IMG/VR virus record: IMGVR_UViG_2627854274_000001
Location: 1,087 to 65,086 of that record
Length of the DNA: 64,000 bases
Source of the DNA: a virus
Lineage: Duplodnaviria > Caudoviricetes
Strand: one strand, 5' to 3'
A model generated the notes under the pieces. It was not told where the DNA came from. It was given only the letters and a program-made list of their open reading frames with translations, and searched no databases. Position numbers and translations under genes: made by a program. Position 1 is the first letter of the stretch. Each line of letters begins with the position of its first letter. This document shows positions 9,162 to 18,515 of this stretch, piece after piece.

Positions 9162-9916
9162 GCAAATGGAAGGAAACCAACAAGTACGGCATCCGTGAAA
9201 GCAACGCCGCCTACTGGCGTTACACGCGGCGGATGGACAAGGAAGCCGAAATCCTCAAGGAACTCGGACCACAGCCTCCAACGCATGTGGACCTGACCGG
9301 ACTGGAAACCTATATCCAACGATTACGTGAATCCAAGGAGCCAACAATGGACGACAATTATCTCATCTGGTTCGATGTCGAAACCAGCGGACTCGACCCA
9401 ATGTCCGACAATCTACTGGAAGTCGAAGCCAGAATCACCGACATGAAGGGCCTTCAGGTGCCACTCACCGACGACCCCCTGATATTCCATAGGGTCATCC
9501 GTTTCGATGACAACATGCCAATCCGCGCGTTCAACAGCACGACCATCGACATGCATTCCAGAAACGGACTCATCGGCGAATGCATGAACGCGGAAGACAC
9601 GCTCAAAAACGTGGACAAGCAGATGGCCGTCTGGCTCATCGACACGGGCCTCGACCCCGGTCTCATGCATCCAGCCGGAACCAACGTCCACTTCGATATC
9701 CGATGGCTCGACGTGAACATGCCCAACACGAGCGGCATCCTCCACAAGCTCAGCCACCGGCGACTCGACCTCACCAGTTTCCGCCTCTTGGAACTCGCCC
9801 ACGGCGGCGACCCATACGATTGCGGCCACGAAACCACGCATCGCACAACCGACTGCCTCAACCGCGACATCTCCGAATACGAAACCATCAGCAGCCAGCA
9901 AGGACAGCGAAAATGA
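9158..9916 (+). CDS. DEDDh exonuclease, oligoribonuclease-like (internal RBS and start at 9347)
   Basis: FDVETSGLD; GTNVHFDIRWL; HRRLDL; HRTTDC. Confidence 0.8.
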   Translation: MSKWKETNKYGIRESNAAYWRYTRRMDKEAEILKELGPQPPTHVDLTGLETYIQRLRESKEPTMDDNYLIWFDVETSGLDPMSDNLLEVEARITDMKGLQVPLTDDPLIFHRVIRFDDNMPIRAFNSTTIDMHSRNGLIGECMNAEDTLKNVDKQMAVWLIDTGLDPGLMHPAGTNVHFDIRWLDVNMPNTSGILHKLSHRRLDLTSFRLLELAHGGDPYDCGHETTHRTTDCLNRDISEYETISSQQGQRK

Positions 9917-10344
9917 CCCTAGAAACCCTCGAAATCCAACCGCTCACCCCAAACGCCACAGTCACCCGCGCCCACGACGCGGACGCCGGACTCGACCTCC
10001 ACTGCATCGAAGACTTCCACATCGACGGACTCGACCGCATCACGGTCGGCACCGGCATCGCGATCAACCTGCCCGAAGGCTACATGGCACGAGTCTGCCC
10101 ACGTTCCGGCCTCGCCAAGAATTACGGCATCGACATCCTCGGCGGCATCATCGACGCCGGATACCGTGGCGAAATCAAAGTCATCCTGCATAACACGTCA
10201 ACCAGCCGCATCAACTTCCGTTGCGGCGACCGTATCGCGCAACTCGTCATCACGCCGGTGGAAACCCCCAGAATCCGCAAGGTCGCCGAATTCACCGACA
10301 CGACGGAACGCGGAGGAAACGGATTCGGCTCGACCGGACGATGA
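9913..10344 (+). CDS. dut: dUTPase
   Basis: AGLDL, PRSGLA, GIIDAGYRGEI, GDRIAQL, RGGNGFGSTG. Confidence 0.97.
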   Translation: MTLETLEIQPLTPNATVTRAHDADAGLDLHCIEDFHIDGLDRITVGTGIAINLPEGYMARVCPRSGLAKNYGIDILGGIIDAGYRGEIKVILHNTSTSRINFRCGDRIAQLVITPVETPRIRKVAEFTDTTERGGNGFGSTGR

Positions 10345-10360
10345 ACGACGGGAACCAGCC

Positions 10361-10735
10361 ATGAAACGAAACGTCTACACCATCCACGGACAACGATTAC
10401 GAAACACACAAGCGTCAATGCTTGTCCACATCGTCGAAACGCATCGAATGCCATCATCCGCGTTCCGCGCGAAACCGTTGGCCACGTTGGGCTCCCTCAT
10501 CGACAGGCATCTCATCATCCCCCTCGCGGACGGCACCTACAAGCCAACCAAGCAAGGCATCGAGACCGCCGACGCGATCAAACGATTAGACAAGGAAGAG
10601 CCAATACGACAGCCAAACATCGTCGAACGCGGCATCAACCGAAACTTCAACAAATACTGGAACGACTACTACTCGCATCCACGCACATACGAATACCACC
10701 CGACACTGGAAACCATCTGCGAAAGGAGCCGATGA
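10361..10735 (+). CDS. Hypothetical wHTH-like protein
   Basis: LIDRHLI...GTYKPTKQG wing motif. Confidence 0.6.
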   Translation: MKRNVYTIHGQRLRNTQASMLVHIVETHRMPSSAFRAKPLATLGSLIDRHLIIPLADGTYKPTKQGIETADAIKRLDKEEPIRQPNIVERGINRNFNKYWNDYYSHPRTYEYHPTLETICERSR

Positions 10736-10956
10736 TGCAGACACTCAGCCCGAAACAGCAGGAAATGCTCACTGACGTGAGCAACATGCAAGGCCAATAT
10801 CAGGCCGTCGACAACCAGACCGGCAGGGCACTGCTCCGCAAGAAACTTATCCGTCAAGTGAACGACCAGTTCGAGACAACCAAGGAAGGCGAACGACTGC
10901 ACATGGAAATCGTGAACCAGGCATTCGAGAACGCAAGGATGGTGCTAAATGACTGA
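10732..10956 (+). CDS. Hypothetical wHTH-like protein
   Basis: ALLRKKLI...FETTKEG. Confidence 0.6.
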   Translation: MMQTLSPKQQEMLTDVSNMQGQYQAVDNQTGRALLRKKLIRQVNDQFETTKEGERLHMEIVNQAFENARMVLND

Positions 10957-11329
10957 CAACATAAATCCAAGCCACTATAAGGACGGCCCATTCGAATGCA
11001 TCGAACTATCCAGACTACTTACTTCCGACTGGGGCCAAGCCATCCAATACTGCTTCAGATGGCAACACAAGAACGGCGTGGAAGACCTCAAGAAGGCACT
11101 CTGGTTCATCAATGACGCGCTCAGCCACAACGTGCCGCCAATTGCCGCATGGAACAGAGAGGATGCCTGCGCCTCCGAAGCCAAAGCCGATAGGCTTCTC
11201 GAAATACTGGCGACTGAAAACTGGGCCGACCTCGGACGATTCTGGCTGGAACTCAAACACGGAACCGCATGGACGGTACGTTTGGCGCTCGCCGAAAAGA
11301 TCAATGAAATCGAAAAGGAAGGCAAATAA
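10949..11329 (+). CDS. DUF3310-family protein
   Basis: DNINPSHY...ECI...KNGVEDLKKALWF. Confidence 0.85.
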   Translation: MTDNINPSHYKDGPFECIELSRLLTSDWGQAIQYCFRWQHKNGVEDLKKALWFINDALSHNVPPIAAWNREDACASEAKADRLLEILATENWADLGRFWLELKHGTAWTVRLALAEKINEIEKEGK

Positions 11330-11331
11330 TC

Positions 11332-11643
11332 ATGGAACATATCGTGCAGTTCGCCATCGGCATTGACGACAAGACCATTCAGAACCGTATCGAGGAACAC
11401 GCCTACACGGACGTGCTTAACAAGCTCACCAAAGAAGCCGTGGACAGTGTTTTCGCACACACCAGCGCGTATTCGCGGGAAATTATGTGGAAAAGCCTGA
11501 TGGAGAACGCTTTGCAAAGCTTCCTCGAAGAACGCAAGGACGAGATCATCGACAAGGCCGCGAACATGCTCGCCGACCGGTTCCAACGGACGAAGAAATA
11601 TCGGGAAGCCATGGGAGACGCCATCGCAAAGGACGGTGAGTGA
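11332..11643 (+). CDS. Hypothetical protein
   Basis: RBS; 103 aa. Confidence 0.7.
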   Translation: MEHIVQFAIGIDDKTIQNRIEEHAYTDVLNKLTKEAVDSVFAHTSAYSREIMWKSLMENALQSFLEERKDEIIDKAANMLADRFQRTKKYREAMGDAIAKDGE

Positions 11644-11861
11644 TGAACGGCTTGAACAATGTTGATAAAACTCTGATTGTCACGGTCGCTGGATTCATCG
11701 CAATAGCCCTTTTGACTGGATTCGGCATCTACGCGTCTTGGTATGTGGGCACGCATCATGATTACGGCATGACGACGGTCAAGACCGGCGACGTGACATG
11801 GGCCTGCCTCACCGACCGCGATACGACCATTGGCTGCGACACCGTGGAGGAATACAAGTGA
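11640..11861 (+). CDS. Single-TM membrane protein
   Basis: Hydrophobic N-terminal helix; coupled. Confidence 0.6.
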   Translation: MMNGLNNVDKTLIVTVAGFIAIALLTGFGIYASWYVGTHHDYGMTTVKTGDVTWACLTDRDTTIGCDTVEEYK

Positions 11862-12001
11862 AGAAAATACTTGAAAACATGATCATCAAATGGCATCAGG
11901 CCGGATATTCGCTCAACGAGATCGCGCCACTCGTGCCGCAAGTGCCGAAAGCCGAAATCGAAGCCATAATCCGCCAGCACGACAAGGAGAAACGACTTTG
12001 A
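11858..12001 (+). CDS. Small HTH-like protein
   Basis: GGAGG RBS, GTG start; AGYSLNEIAPLV. Confidence 0.55.
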   Translation: MKKILENMIIKWHQAGYSLNEIAPLVPQVPKAEIEAIIRQHDKEKRL

Positions 12002-12189
12002 CCGGCTACATCATCTGGCCGAAGGGTGACATGAGACTGCATACATGCCGAGTGTACAAGACGCTCCAAGAGGCATCGGACGCGGCACAGGAGAGCGCCG
12101 ACTTCCACCACAGGCCCGTAGAGGTGCGTGCAGCCAACGAAACCCAGCAGCGAATCATTAAAACCTTCGAACCAAGGAAACATAGATGA
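11998..12189 (+). CDS. Hypothetical protein
   Basis: AAGGAG RBS, TTG start, coupled. Confidence 0.55.
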   Translation: MTGYIIWPKGDMRLHTCRVYKTLQEASDAAQESADFHHRPVEVRAANETQQRIIKTFEPRKHR

Positions 12190-12449
12190 GCGAAGAAATA
12201 CGAGTGGGAACCACCTGCGTCACATTCCGTGTGACGGCGTTCGACAAGCAGACTGAGATTGCGACAGTCCAAGTGGACGTACCAATCTACGCGAACATCG
12301 GCGACGATATTGGAAACAATGAAAAAGGCTTTATCGAAGCCCACGTGCAGAAGGATTTCGACAAGAAGGTAGAGCACGCATTGCAAGTGTTCGCGGACAC
12401 GTTGGAAGCGTCATTCAAGGAAGGAGAGCGAAATGTTGAGAAGCATTGA
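12186..12449 (+). CDS. Hypothetical protein
   Basis: Coupled ORF, 87 aa. Confidence 0.6.
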   Translation: MSEEIRVGTTCVTFRVTAFDKQTEIATVQVDVPIYANIGDDIGNNEKGFIEAHVQKDFDKKVEHALQVFADTLEASFKEGERNVEKH

Positions 12450-12837
12450 TTTCAAAACCATGCCTTACCTGTTTACCGACAAGACTGGCACTTGTCTGAC
12501 TGTGAAGTTCGACGGCAGGGAACTGGATGACATCTACAAGCAGGTGAAAGCCATGTACGATCATGAGCACCCGTCTGATGGCATGCCCATCGAACCAACG
12601 GAACCGGGCTGGTATATGACTCGGGATGGTGAAGACCTGTTGAGCTTCGACGGTGACGCATGGCATATCCACCATCTCGGCGGTGGTGCGGAACCGTTCG
12701 CTGACGGTGATCTGGAAACGATGGACTGGAGCGTGGTCAGACGAACGTTCGATGCTGACTCATTTCCTTTAATTCCAGTCAATCCAAGAAAACCGAATAT
12801 GACATGGGAGTCCACGAATGTTCAACAGAAAGCATAG
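12433..12837 (+). CDS. Hypothetical protein with PTEPGWY...FPLIP module
   Basis: AAGGAG RBS; similar to the C-terminus of 2666..3196. Confidence 0.65.
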   Translation: MLRSIDFKTMPYLFTDKTGTCLTVKFDGRELDDIYKQVKAMYDHEHPSDGMPIEPTEPGWYMTRDGEDLLSFDGDAWHIHHLGGGAEPFADGDLETMDWSVVRRTFDADSFPLIPVNPRKPNMTWESTNVQQKA

Positions 12838-13087
12838 GAAAGTCCGATACGTCACATGCCCGTACTGCGGCAAAAGCCCAGTCATATCGGAAGGGCGCAG
12901 CATCACGGACAAGAACAAGCTCGTCATGCATTACAAGTGTCCAAACAATCATCTGACCACCGGCGATACGCCATATCCAAGCCATGCATTGGACCTTTGG
13001 CTTCTCGCAGTCGGCAAGGTGCTGAAAGTCGATGACGTGATATGCGACTACTTCGCCAAACAGCAAAAGAAGGAGACGGAACGATGA
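12818..13087 (+). CDS. Zinc-ribbon protein
   Basis: CPYCG...CPNNH. Confidence 0.65.
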   Translation: MFNRKHRKVRYVTCPYCGKSPVISEGRSITDKNKLVMHYKCPNNHLTTGDTPYPSHALDLWLLAVGKVLKVDDVICDYFAKQQKKETER

Positions 13088-13350
13088 CCGAGCATGAGGA
13101 CTACTGCGTGAGCATCCGCAAATCCTACAGACCGCCGTACCGCAAGCCGGTCGGATGCACGGTCGTGTTATGGGCTTGGAGCAGTTACGACGAAACATGG
13201 TGGTATGCGGCCAGACGTGAATACCTGTTCGCGGACTACAACAGCAGCCACAAGAAAGCGTTACGGCGGGCGAGACGGGACGCTAGAAAACTCGCCGGAA
13301 TCTTCGACTGCACCAACCATGACACCAACGAGAAAGGAATGTGGCAATGA
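13084..13350 (+). CDS. Hypothetical basic protein
   Basis: AAGGAG RBS; paralog of the C-terminal domain of 14703..15305. Confidence 0.65.
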   Translation: MTEHEDYCVSIRKSYRPPYRKPVGCTVVLWAWSSYDETWWYAARREYLFADYNSSHKKALRRARRDARKLAGIFDCTNHDTNEKGMWQ

Positions 13351-13634
13351 GCGACGTGCATGAATCATTGACGGACTGGCGGACACTGCCCGTGAGCACG
13401 CTCGCCGGTCATAGGGCGATAGTCCAACTCGACGAGGGCACGATCATCGACGGGTATCTGGAATACGTGCCGTCGAAACTCCGCAAGGAACTACGAGGCG
13501 CGACGGAAGGAATCTGCGAAACGTTGACGGTCGAGGGCGTGTACCAGCCGGTAATCATCAGCGTGAACGCAGGTGAGAAGCATCTGGCCAATGGGGTGAA
13601 AGCCGTGAACATCCTCAAGGAGATGAGCGCATGA
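13347..13634 (+). CDS. Hypothetical protein
   Basis: Coupled ORF. Confidence 0.6.
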   Translation: MSDVHESLTDWRTLPVSTLAGHRAIVQLDEGTIIDGYLEYVPSKLRKELRGATEGICETLTVEGVYQPVIISVNAGEKHLANGVKAVNILKEMSA

Positions 13635-13686
13635 GAAACGCATTCCACACAGACCACGAACCGACCGACTTGCAAGGGGACATGAA

Positions 13687-13812
13687 ATGAGCGTGCTATA
13701 CCACGGCGGAGTTCCAGACATGAAACCCGGCGACATCATCGAACGTTGGGCGGCACGCGAATACGCCGACATGCGGCACATCATGAGCGAAGCCGAAAGG
13801 AGCATCAAATGA
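13687..13812 (+). pseudogene. 41-aa remnant with an Arr/ART-like N-terminus
   Basis: MSVLYHGGVPDMKPGDII, then abrupt end. Confidence 0.35.
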
Positions 13813-14201
13813 GCATAAGAACGAGAACAACCTACTTGGCGGTGTGCGACTATCCGGGCTGTTGCCTGGGGCACGAATTCTGGGAATTAACCGAGGAACA
13901 CGCAATCGAAACCGTTATCGACGATGACGAATGGCTGTGCCTGTTCACCGGTGATAATGAGCCGAGATTCTTCTGCCCCTTGCACTTGCGATACAAGCCA
14001 GACTCCTCGCCGGATGACTCGCCGACAGTCCTTTTCGATTCAGACAGTCCAACAACACAACCAGCCTTGCACGCTCTAAACAAGTACTACGAGGATATGA
14101 GCACACCGCAACCACTGCCAAAACTGGAATGCGAGGACACGATAATCGCCATTCTGCAAGACGAAAACTGGGAGGAACACCATGGTGACGAACGTGAGTG
14201 A
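13809..14201 (+). CDS. Zinc-binding hypothetical protein
   Basis: AAGGAG RBS; CDYPGC...FCPLH. Confidence 0.65.
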   Translation: MSIRTRTTYLAVCDYPGCCLGHEFWELTEEHAIETVIDDDEWLCLFTGDNEPRFFCPLHLRYKPDSSPDDSPTVLFDSDSPTTQPALHALNKYYEDMSTPQPLPKLECEDTIIAILQDENWEEHHGDERE

Positions 14202-14706
14202 AAAGGACAAGACCCTGCAAGAAGTCATCGAATGGTGTGAGACGGAATGGAATAAAACCAATCACGACTCAGACAATCCTGACAAGGAACTGCTAGAAAA
14301 ATACACCGTCTACGACGGTTTGACCAGCGCCTATGAGTTCGTCATCGGTCACTGTTGTTCCATGCTCGGATATTCCGGCTCCATGCCGTCCGAGGTGCCG
14401 AATCAAAGCGAGGACGAAAAAATGATCGGTGTGTTAGAACTCCTACCGCATGACATGGGTCTACGTGTGGAACTCGATACGAACGAAACATACTACCTGA
14501 AAAGCGGATGGACAGAACGCTGTGACGGGATTTATGGGATTGCTTGCGGATACGAGGATTGCTCCGAAGGCATTACGTGGTTTAGAGACCCGGGTCGCAT
14601 CGCAATCATGAACAGCCGCGTGAAGCTAGCAGTCCCATTCGATGAACACGAAACCAAAGCCATCAAGCGAAACGAGGATACGAACATGAAGGAGACAAAC
14701 CGATGA
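14182..14706 (+). CDS. Hypothetical protein (possible two-gene fusion)
   Basis: GGAGG RBS; internal GAGG plus in-frame ATG near 14422. Confidence 0.6.
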   Translation: MVTNVSEKDKTLQEVIEWCETEWNKTNHDSDNPDKELLEKYTVYDGLTSAYEFVIGHCCSMLGYSGSMPSEVPNQSEDEKMIGVLELLPHDMGLRVELDTNETYYLKSGWTERCDGIYGIACGYEDCSEGITWFRDPGRIAIMNSRVKLAVPFDEHETKAIKRNEDTNMKETNR

Positions 14707-15305
14707 ACGACGATAAGCAACATGCGGTGTGGCGTGAAAGCATTGAAAAATACGGCAAGGAGACACAAAGCATCGTCTGCATGGAGGAATGCTCCGAACT
14801 CATCCAAGCCATCAGCAAGCGCCTACGCGGCAAGCCCGACGCCACCGACAATCTCGCAGAGGAAATGGCCGATGTGACCATCTGCCTGTACCTGCTCAAA
14901 GAAATGTACGGCATCACCGACGAGCAGTTGGATGAATGGATTGCACGCAAGACGGCAAGGCAATCCAAGCGAATGCAGGCCGATGACCCATTCCTGGAAA
15001 GCGAGGCCACGGAAATGAACGCGGCGGAAACCGATAAAAGAACGCTGCCTATGGCTGATACGCACTATGCGGTCAGTATCAGGCACATCTACGACGCGCA
15101 TACCGACATGCTCAAGGGATACAAGCTGATCCTCTGGGAAGTGCAGGAAATAGCCGCGATAGCTGTAGCGGAACGCGACTATCCGACCGGAATGTTCGAC
15201 CCGATACCGCAACAAACGTTGGATGATGCGGACGCACTCGCACGCATATTCAAATGCAGGAACTACGGGACCGACGAAACGGAGATGTGGAATGAGCAGG
15301 GCTGA
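14703..15305 (+). CDS. MazG-like nucleotide pyrophosphohydrolase fused to a second domain
   Basis: MEECSELIQAISK...NLAEEMADV (EExxE/EExxD motifs). Confidence 0.75.
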   Translation: MNDDKQHAVWRESIEKYGKETQSIVCMEECSELIQAISKRLRGKPDATDNLAEEMADVTICLYLLKEMYGITDEQLDEWIARKTARQSKRMQADDPFLESEATEMNAAETDKRTLPMADTHYAVSIRHIYDAHTDMLKGYKLILWEVQEIAAIAVAERDYPTGMFDPIPQQTLDDADALARIFKCRNYGTDETEMWNEQG

Positions 15306-15777
15306 TACCACTGCCATGCTGTCTGAGCTGGTGGAGAAGCGTTTGAAGAATCGCGTGAGTTTTTGGGCGAGCGAGGTCAACTTCGACCTTGGAACACCAC
15401 GGAACAGGCGCATCGACTACATCGGATTCAAGCCTTTCACGCCCGGCTACGTGCTCGAACCAAGCAGTGTGGAACTCGGCATTTTCTCCTGCTACGAAAT
15501 CAAGTCATGCATGGCTGATTTCAAATCGGGTCACGGGCTGACGTTCTACGGTGACGAAAACTATCTAGTCACCACGCCTGAGCTTGCGGATGAACTGCGT
15601 GTGAGCCACCAGATTCCGCGAGACATCGACCAAGTGCTGGTGCCCACGACCAAAGGGGACAAGCTCAGATGCCTGTACGACGTGTCCTATGGAGACAAGC
15701 GGAACAGCTACAGGCGGCGTCCGGCAAGCGAAATGCTGTACGCCATGATCGAAGCAAACGGAAAGAGGACAAATTGA
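15292..15777 (+). CDS. MmcB-like PD-(D/E)XK nuclease
   Basis: SEV...RIDY...CYEIKSCMADF...DENYLV. Confidence 0.7.
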   Translation: MSRADTTAMLSELVEKRLKNRVSFWASEVNFDLGTPRNRRIDYIGFKPFTPGYVLEPSSVELGIFSCYEIKSCMADFKSGHGLTFYGDENYLVTTPELADELRVSHQIPRDIDQVLVPTTKGDKLRCLYDVSYGDKRNSYRRRPASEMLYAMIEANGKRTN

Positions 15778-16076
15778 GCATCATGCTTGACGAGGCCAAC
15801 GCTTACGAGCGTGGCATGGATGATGATTTGACTTTTCAGACGGTTCGGGAGCTTGCCGGTACAGCGTACATGGCCGGACGTTCCGCTCCACCAACTGCCG
15901 TTGAGATTGAGGCCGTGGCGAGAAAACTGTTGTGGTGGGCCATGGCACCAGTCTGGGAAGACGTCATGCCCAGTGAGGACTGCTTATGGACTCTGGCCGA
16001 GCCGGAGATGCGAGCCAATTACATCAGGGACGCTCGGGAAATGCTCGAAATCGCACGGAAGGCGGTAAACGAATGA
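15774..16076 (+). CDS. Hypothetical protein
   Basis: GAGG RBS, TTG start, coupled. Confidence 0.6.
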   Translation: MSIMLDEANAYERGMDDDLTFQTVRELAGTAYMAGRSAPPTAVEIEAVARKLLWWAMAPVWEDVMPSEDCLWTLAEPEMRANYIRDAREMLEIARKAVNE

Positions 16077-16282
16077 GCAAAGACATGGAGAAGATCATGT
16101 ACATAATCAAGAAAGCGTCCTACGCGCTCAACGCGATAGCGATGCTCGCAATCATCATCATAAAAATCATCGCCAACGCGAACCCTATATCCATAGCGAT
16201 ACTCTCGTTCCTCTACGGAGCATACGTGACGATCGTGTTCGTCATACTGTACGACGACCACTTGGAGAAGGAATACGAGTGA
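16073..16282 (+). CDS. Small two-TM membrane protein
   Basis: Two hydrophobic helices. Confidence 0.6.
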   Translation: MSKDMEKIMYIIKKASYALNAIAMLAIIIIKIIANANPISIAILSFLYGAYVTIVFVILYDDHLEKEYE

Positions 16283-16446
16283 GCCTACGGAAACAGGTCC
16301 TCCACTACGCGGATCTCGACTACGATGCGGACGAGATAAGCCGCCTGCTGCACGTGGACAGAAGGCTCGTACTCCAAATCGAAGCCCACCGCAACGACCC
16401 CGAACCAGCCACATCAACGGAAGGCGAACAGCCAACGCTAATCTGA
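16279..16446 (+). CDS. Small HTH-like protein
   Basis: Manual translation MSLRKQVLHYADLDYDADEISRLLHVDRRLVLQIEAH. Confidence 0.5.
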   Translation: MSLRKQVLHYADLDYDADEISRLLHVDRRLVLQIEAHRNDPEPATSTEGEQPTLI

Positions 16447-16543
16447 CACACATACTATACTGGACAAGTCGCCCAACGGTTGCAAACAAAGGGTTGAGGC
16501 AACAAGACCAAACACACCCAAAACGCAACCAAGGAGCCAACAC

Positions 16544-17383
16544 TTGACGCAAACCACATGCGCGACATGCTGGAAAACAACCGACGACAAGCATACCCTC
16601 TGCACATCCTGCGAAACCAAACTCCAATTCGATCTGCAATGGTTCGAAAACCACCTGCAAGACCTCGAATGGCGCACAAACCGCATGGACAAGACAGGCA
16701 ACGGCGGAGGCGGCGGACATAACGGACTCGCCACCTCCCCGGCACCATTACGCGAAACCGCGTTCGAACTCATCGAAGGCAACGGCATGGACGACATTCC
16801 AAGCCTCCGTGACATTATCAACGAATACGCGCGATGCCTGAACGTGACCGCCCCATACGACCGGAAACTCGAAACACTCATCCGCAACATCCGGCTCACC
16901 GACAAGTGGAAGACCAGCAAGGCAACACCAACCTACGCGCGAATCATCCACCGTATCCGGCGCAAGGCCCAGGAACTCCTCGACTTCACCCTCGAAGACC
17001 AGATCATCATCGGCGAATGCCCGACCGACGACTGCCACCGTATCGTGAAAGTCATTCCAAACGCCACGTTCGCACCGAAATGCCCAGACTGCGGACAAGT
17101 GTATCCAGTCTCCGCCATCCGTGAGAACAGGCGACGCAAACTCCTCGCCACGCACATCACCGGCACGCAGACCGAAATCCGCAGACTGCTCCTGCAATGC
17201 GGCATCATCGTCAAACCCGGCACCATGCGCAGTTGGGTCAGCAGGGGAGACCTGAAACCCGTCACGCCGGTCAAAGACACGCGCAAGCAACGCTACCGGC
17301 TGTCCGACGTGTACAAGCTCGCCGTCAGAAACCCCGAAAAGGAAACGAACATTTGGATGCTCCTACAGGAGGAACAAGCATGA
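16544..17383 (+). CDS. Zinc-finger plus C-terminal HTH regulator (candidate late-gene regulator)
   Basis: Four Cys pairs; VKPGTMRSWVSRGDL...YRLSDV MerR-like HTH. Confidence 0.7.
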   Translation: MTQTTCATCWKTTDDKHTLCTSCETKLQFDLQWFENHLQDLEWRTNRMDKTGNGGGGGHNGLATSPAPLRETAFELIEGNGMDDIPSLRDIINEYARCLNVTAPYDRKLETLIRNIRLTDKWKTSKATPTYARIIHRIRRKAQELLDFTLEDQIIIGECPTDDCHRIVKVIPNATFAPKCPDCGQVYPVSAIRENRRRKLLATHITGTQTEIRRLLLQCGIIVKPGTMRSWVSRGDLKPVTPVKDTRKQRYRLSDVYKLAVRNPEKETNIWMLLQEEQA

Positions 17384-18039
17384 ACATCGACCTCTCCAAC
17401 CCGCCATACGCGGTCAAACTCAACGATCTCGGATTCGCATACTCGTACACCGACCGTGAGAAAGGCATCATCGTCTACACTCACGCCGACCCCAGATTGG
17501 TCGGCTCCAAATGGGTTGACCTTTGGGACGACGTGGAATGCATCATCGACTTCGAAGATGCGAACTGCATGGAACCATTGTCATTCACATTCAAGAACCT
17601 TAGAAACGGCGTCAGCAAAACCATTCCGGCAAGCAATCTCGCCCTAGTGGAAGAAGTTATCCGATGGCCGCCACTATCAGCATCACCGACAAGGGCAAGA
17701 CCATCACCTACCACGCGCATCACATGCGAGACCAAATCGAACCAGTCAAACAGTACGGCATGTTCGGAGAACGATTGGACGCCCGAAAGAAACTACACGT
17801 TCTCACCTTCTACACGGAGGATTGAATTGATCAACATCAAATGCTCGCCAACCCTACTGCTATTGTCCGGCGTGCTGGCACTCCTGAAGATCATGGGAGT
17901 ATTCCCATACTCATGGATATGGGTGATCGCACCCATTTGGATACCACTACTCGCGCTGGCCGGTATCACAGTCATCCTGATAATCGCTTGGATTATCGGC
18001 GTCATAGGCGTGCTTATTCTCGAAAAGTTCGGAGACTAA
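17380..18039 (+). CDS. Read-through ORF joining a hypothetical protein to a 2-TM protein (own TTG start at 17827)
   Basis: AGGAGG RBS; TGG at 17665 where a coupled TGA would be expected. Confidence 0.5.
   Translation: MNIDLSNPPYAVKLNDLGFAYSYTDREKGIIVYTHADPRLVGSKWVDLWDDVECIIDFEDANCMEPLSFTFKNLRNGVSKTIPASNLALVEEVIRWPPLSASPTRARPSPTTRITCETKSNQSNSTACSENDWTPERNYTFSPSTRRIELINIKCSPTLLLLSGVLALLKIMGVFPYSWIWVIAPIWIPLLALAGITVILIIAWIIGVIGVLILEKFGD
17664..17825 (+). CDS. Hypothetical 53-aa protein
   Basis: Manual translation MAATISITDKGKTITYHAHHMRDQIEP...FYTED; codon usage like neighbours. Confidence 0.5.
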   Translation: MAATISITDKGKTITYHAHHMRDQIEPVKQYGMFGERLDARKKLHVLTFYTED

Positions 18040-18122
18040 TTGCAGATCAGCGGCAACACCAGCAACGGGGATGTGGCGTGCGTCATTGACACGACACAGG
18101 ACAACATCACCAAGGAGGCACA

Positions 18123-18515
18123 ATGAAAGTACTCGACTTCACCGAGGAAACAGACGAACTGGAAAACAAGCTGATAAAACTCGGATTCTATTATCAAAGT
18201 ACCGACAAGGAAGAGAATGATGGTCTGCGAAACTCCTCACGACTGCTAAGCACATGGGTGAATGTCATGAATGACGTGACCCTGCGGATCATCCATACGT
18301 ATGACAGATACGGTGATGAAACCAACGAATACGTCAGGATAACGGATAATTGCACGAACACAAGCGTCAACATGTCGGTCGAAGAGTTCATGGAATTGGA
18401 ACAGATCACGAACAGCCACGGCAGCACATTCCCACGCCTCGGAAACATCCAACGAAACGATTTCCAAATCCAACGAAACGATTTAAACGAGAACTTAAGG
18501 AAATACGTGGAATGA
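18123..18515 (+). CDS. Hypothetical protein
   Basis: AAGGAGG RBS; 17-bp duplication at 18447 and 18468. Confidence 0.65.
   Translation: MKVLDFTEETDELENKLIKLGFYYQSTDKEENDGLRNSSRLLSTWVNVMNDVTLRIIHTYDRYGDETNEYVRITDNCTNTSVNMSVEEFMELEQITNSHGSTFPRLGNIQRNDFQIQRNDLNENLRKYVE

Noticed and set aside
17664-17667. Stop-codon recoding linked to the phage tRNA-Trp
   Set aside because: The anticodon is the standard CCA, and genes end normally at TGA, TAA and TAG
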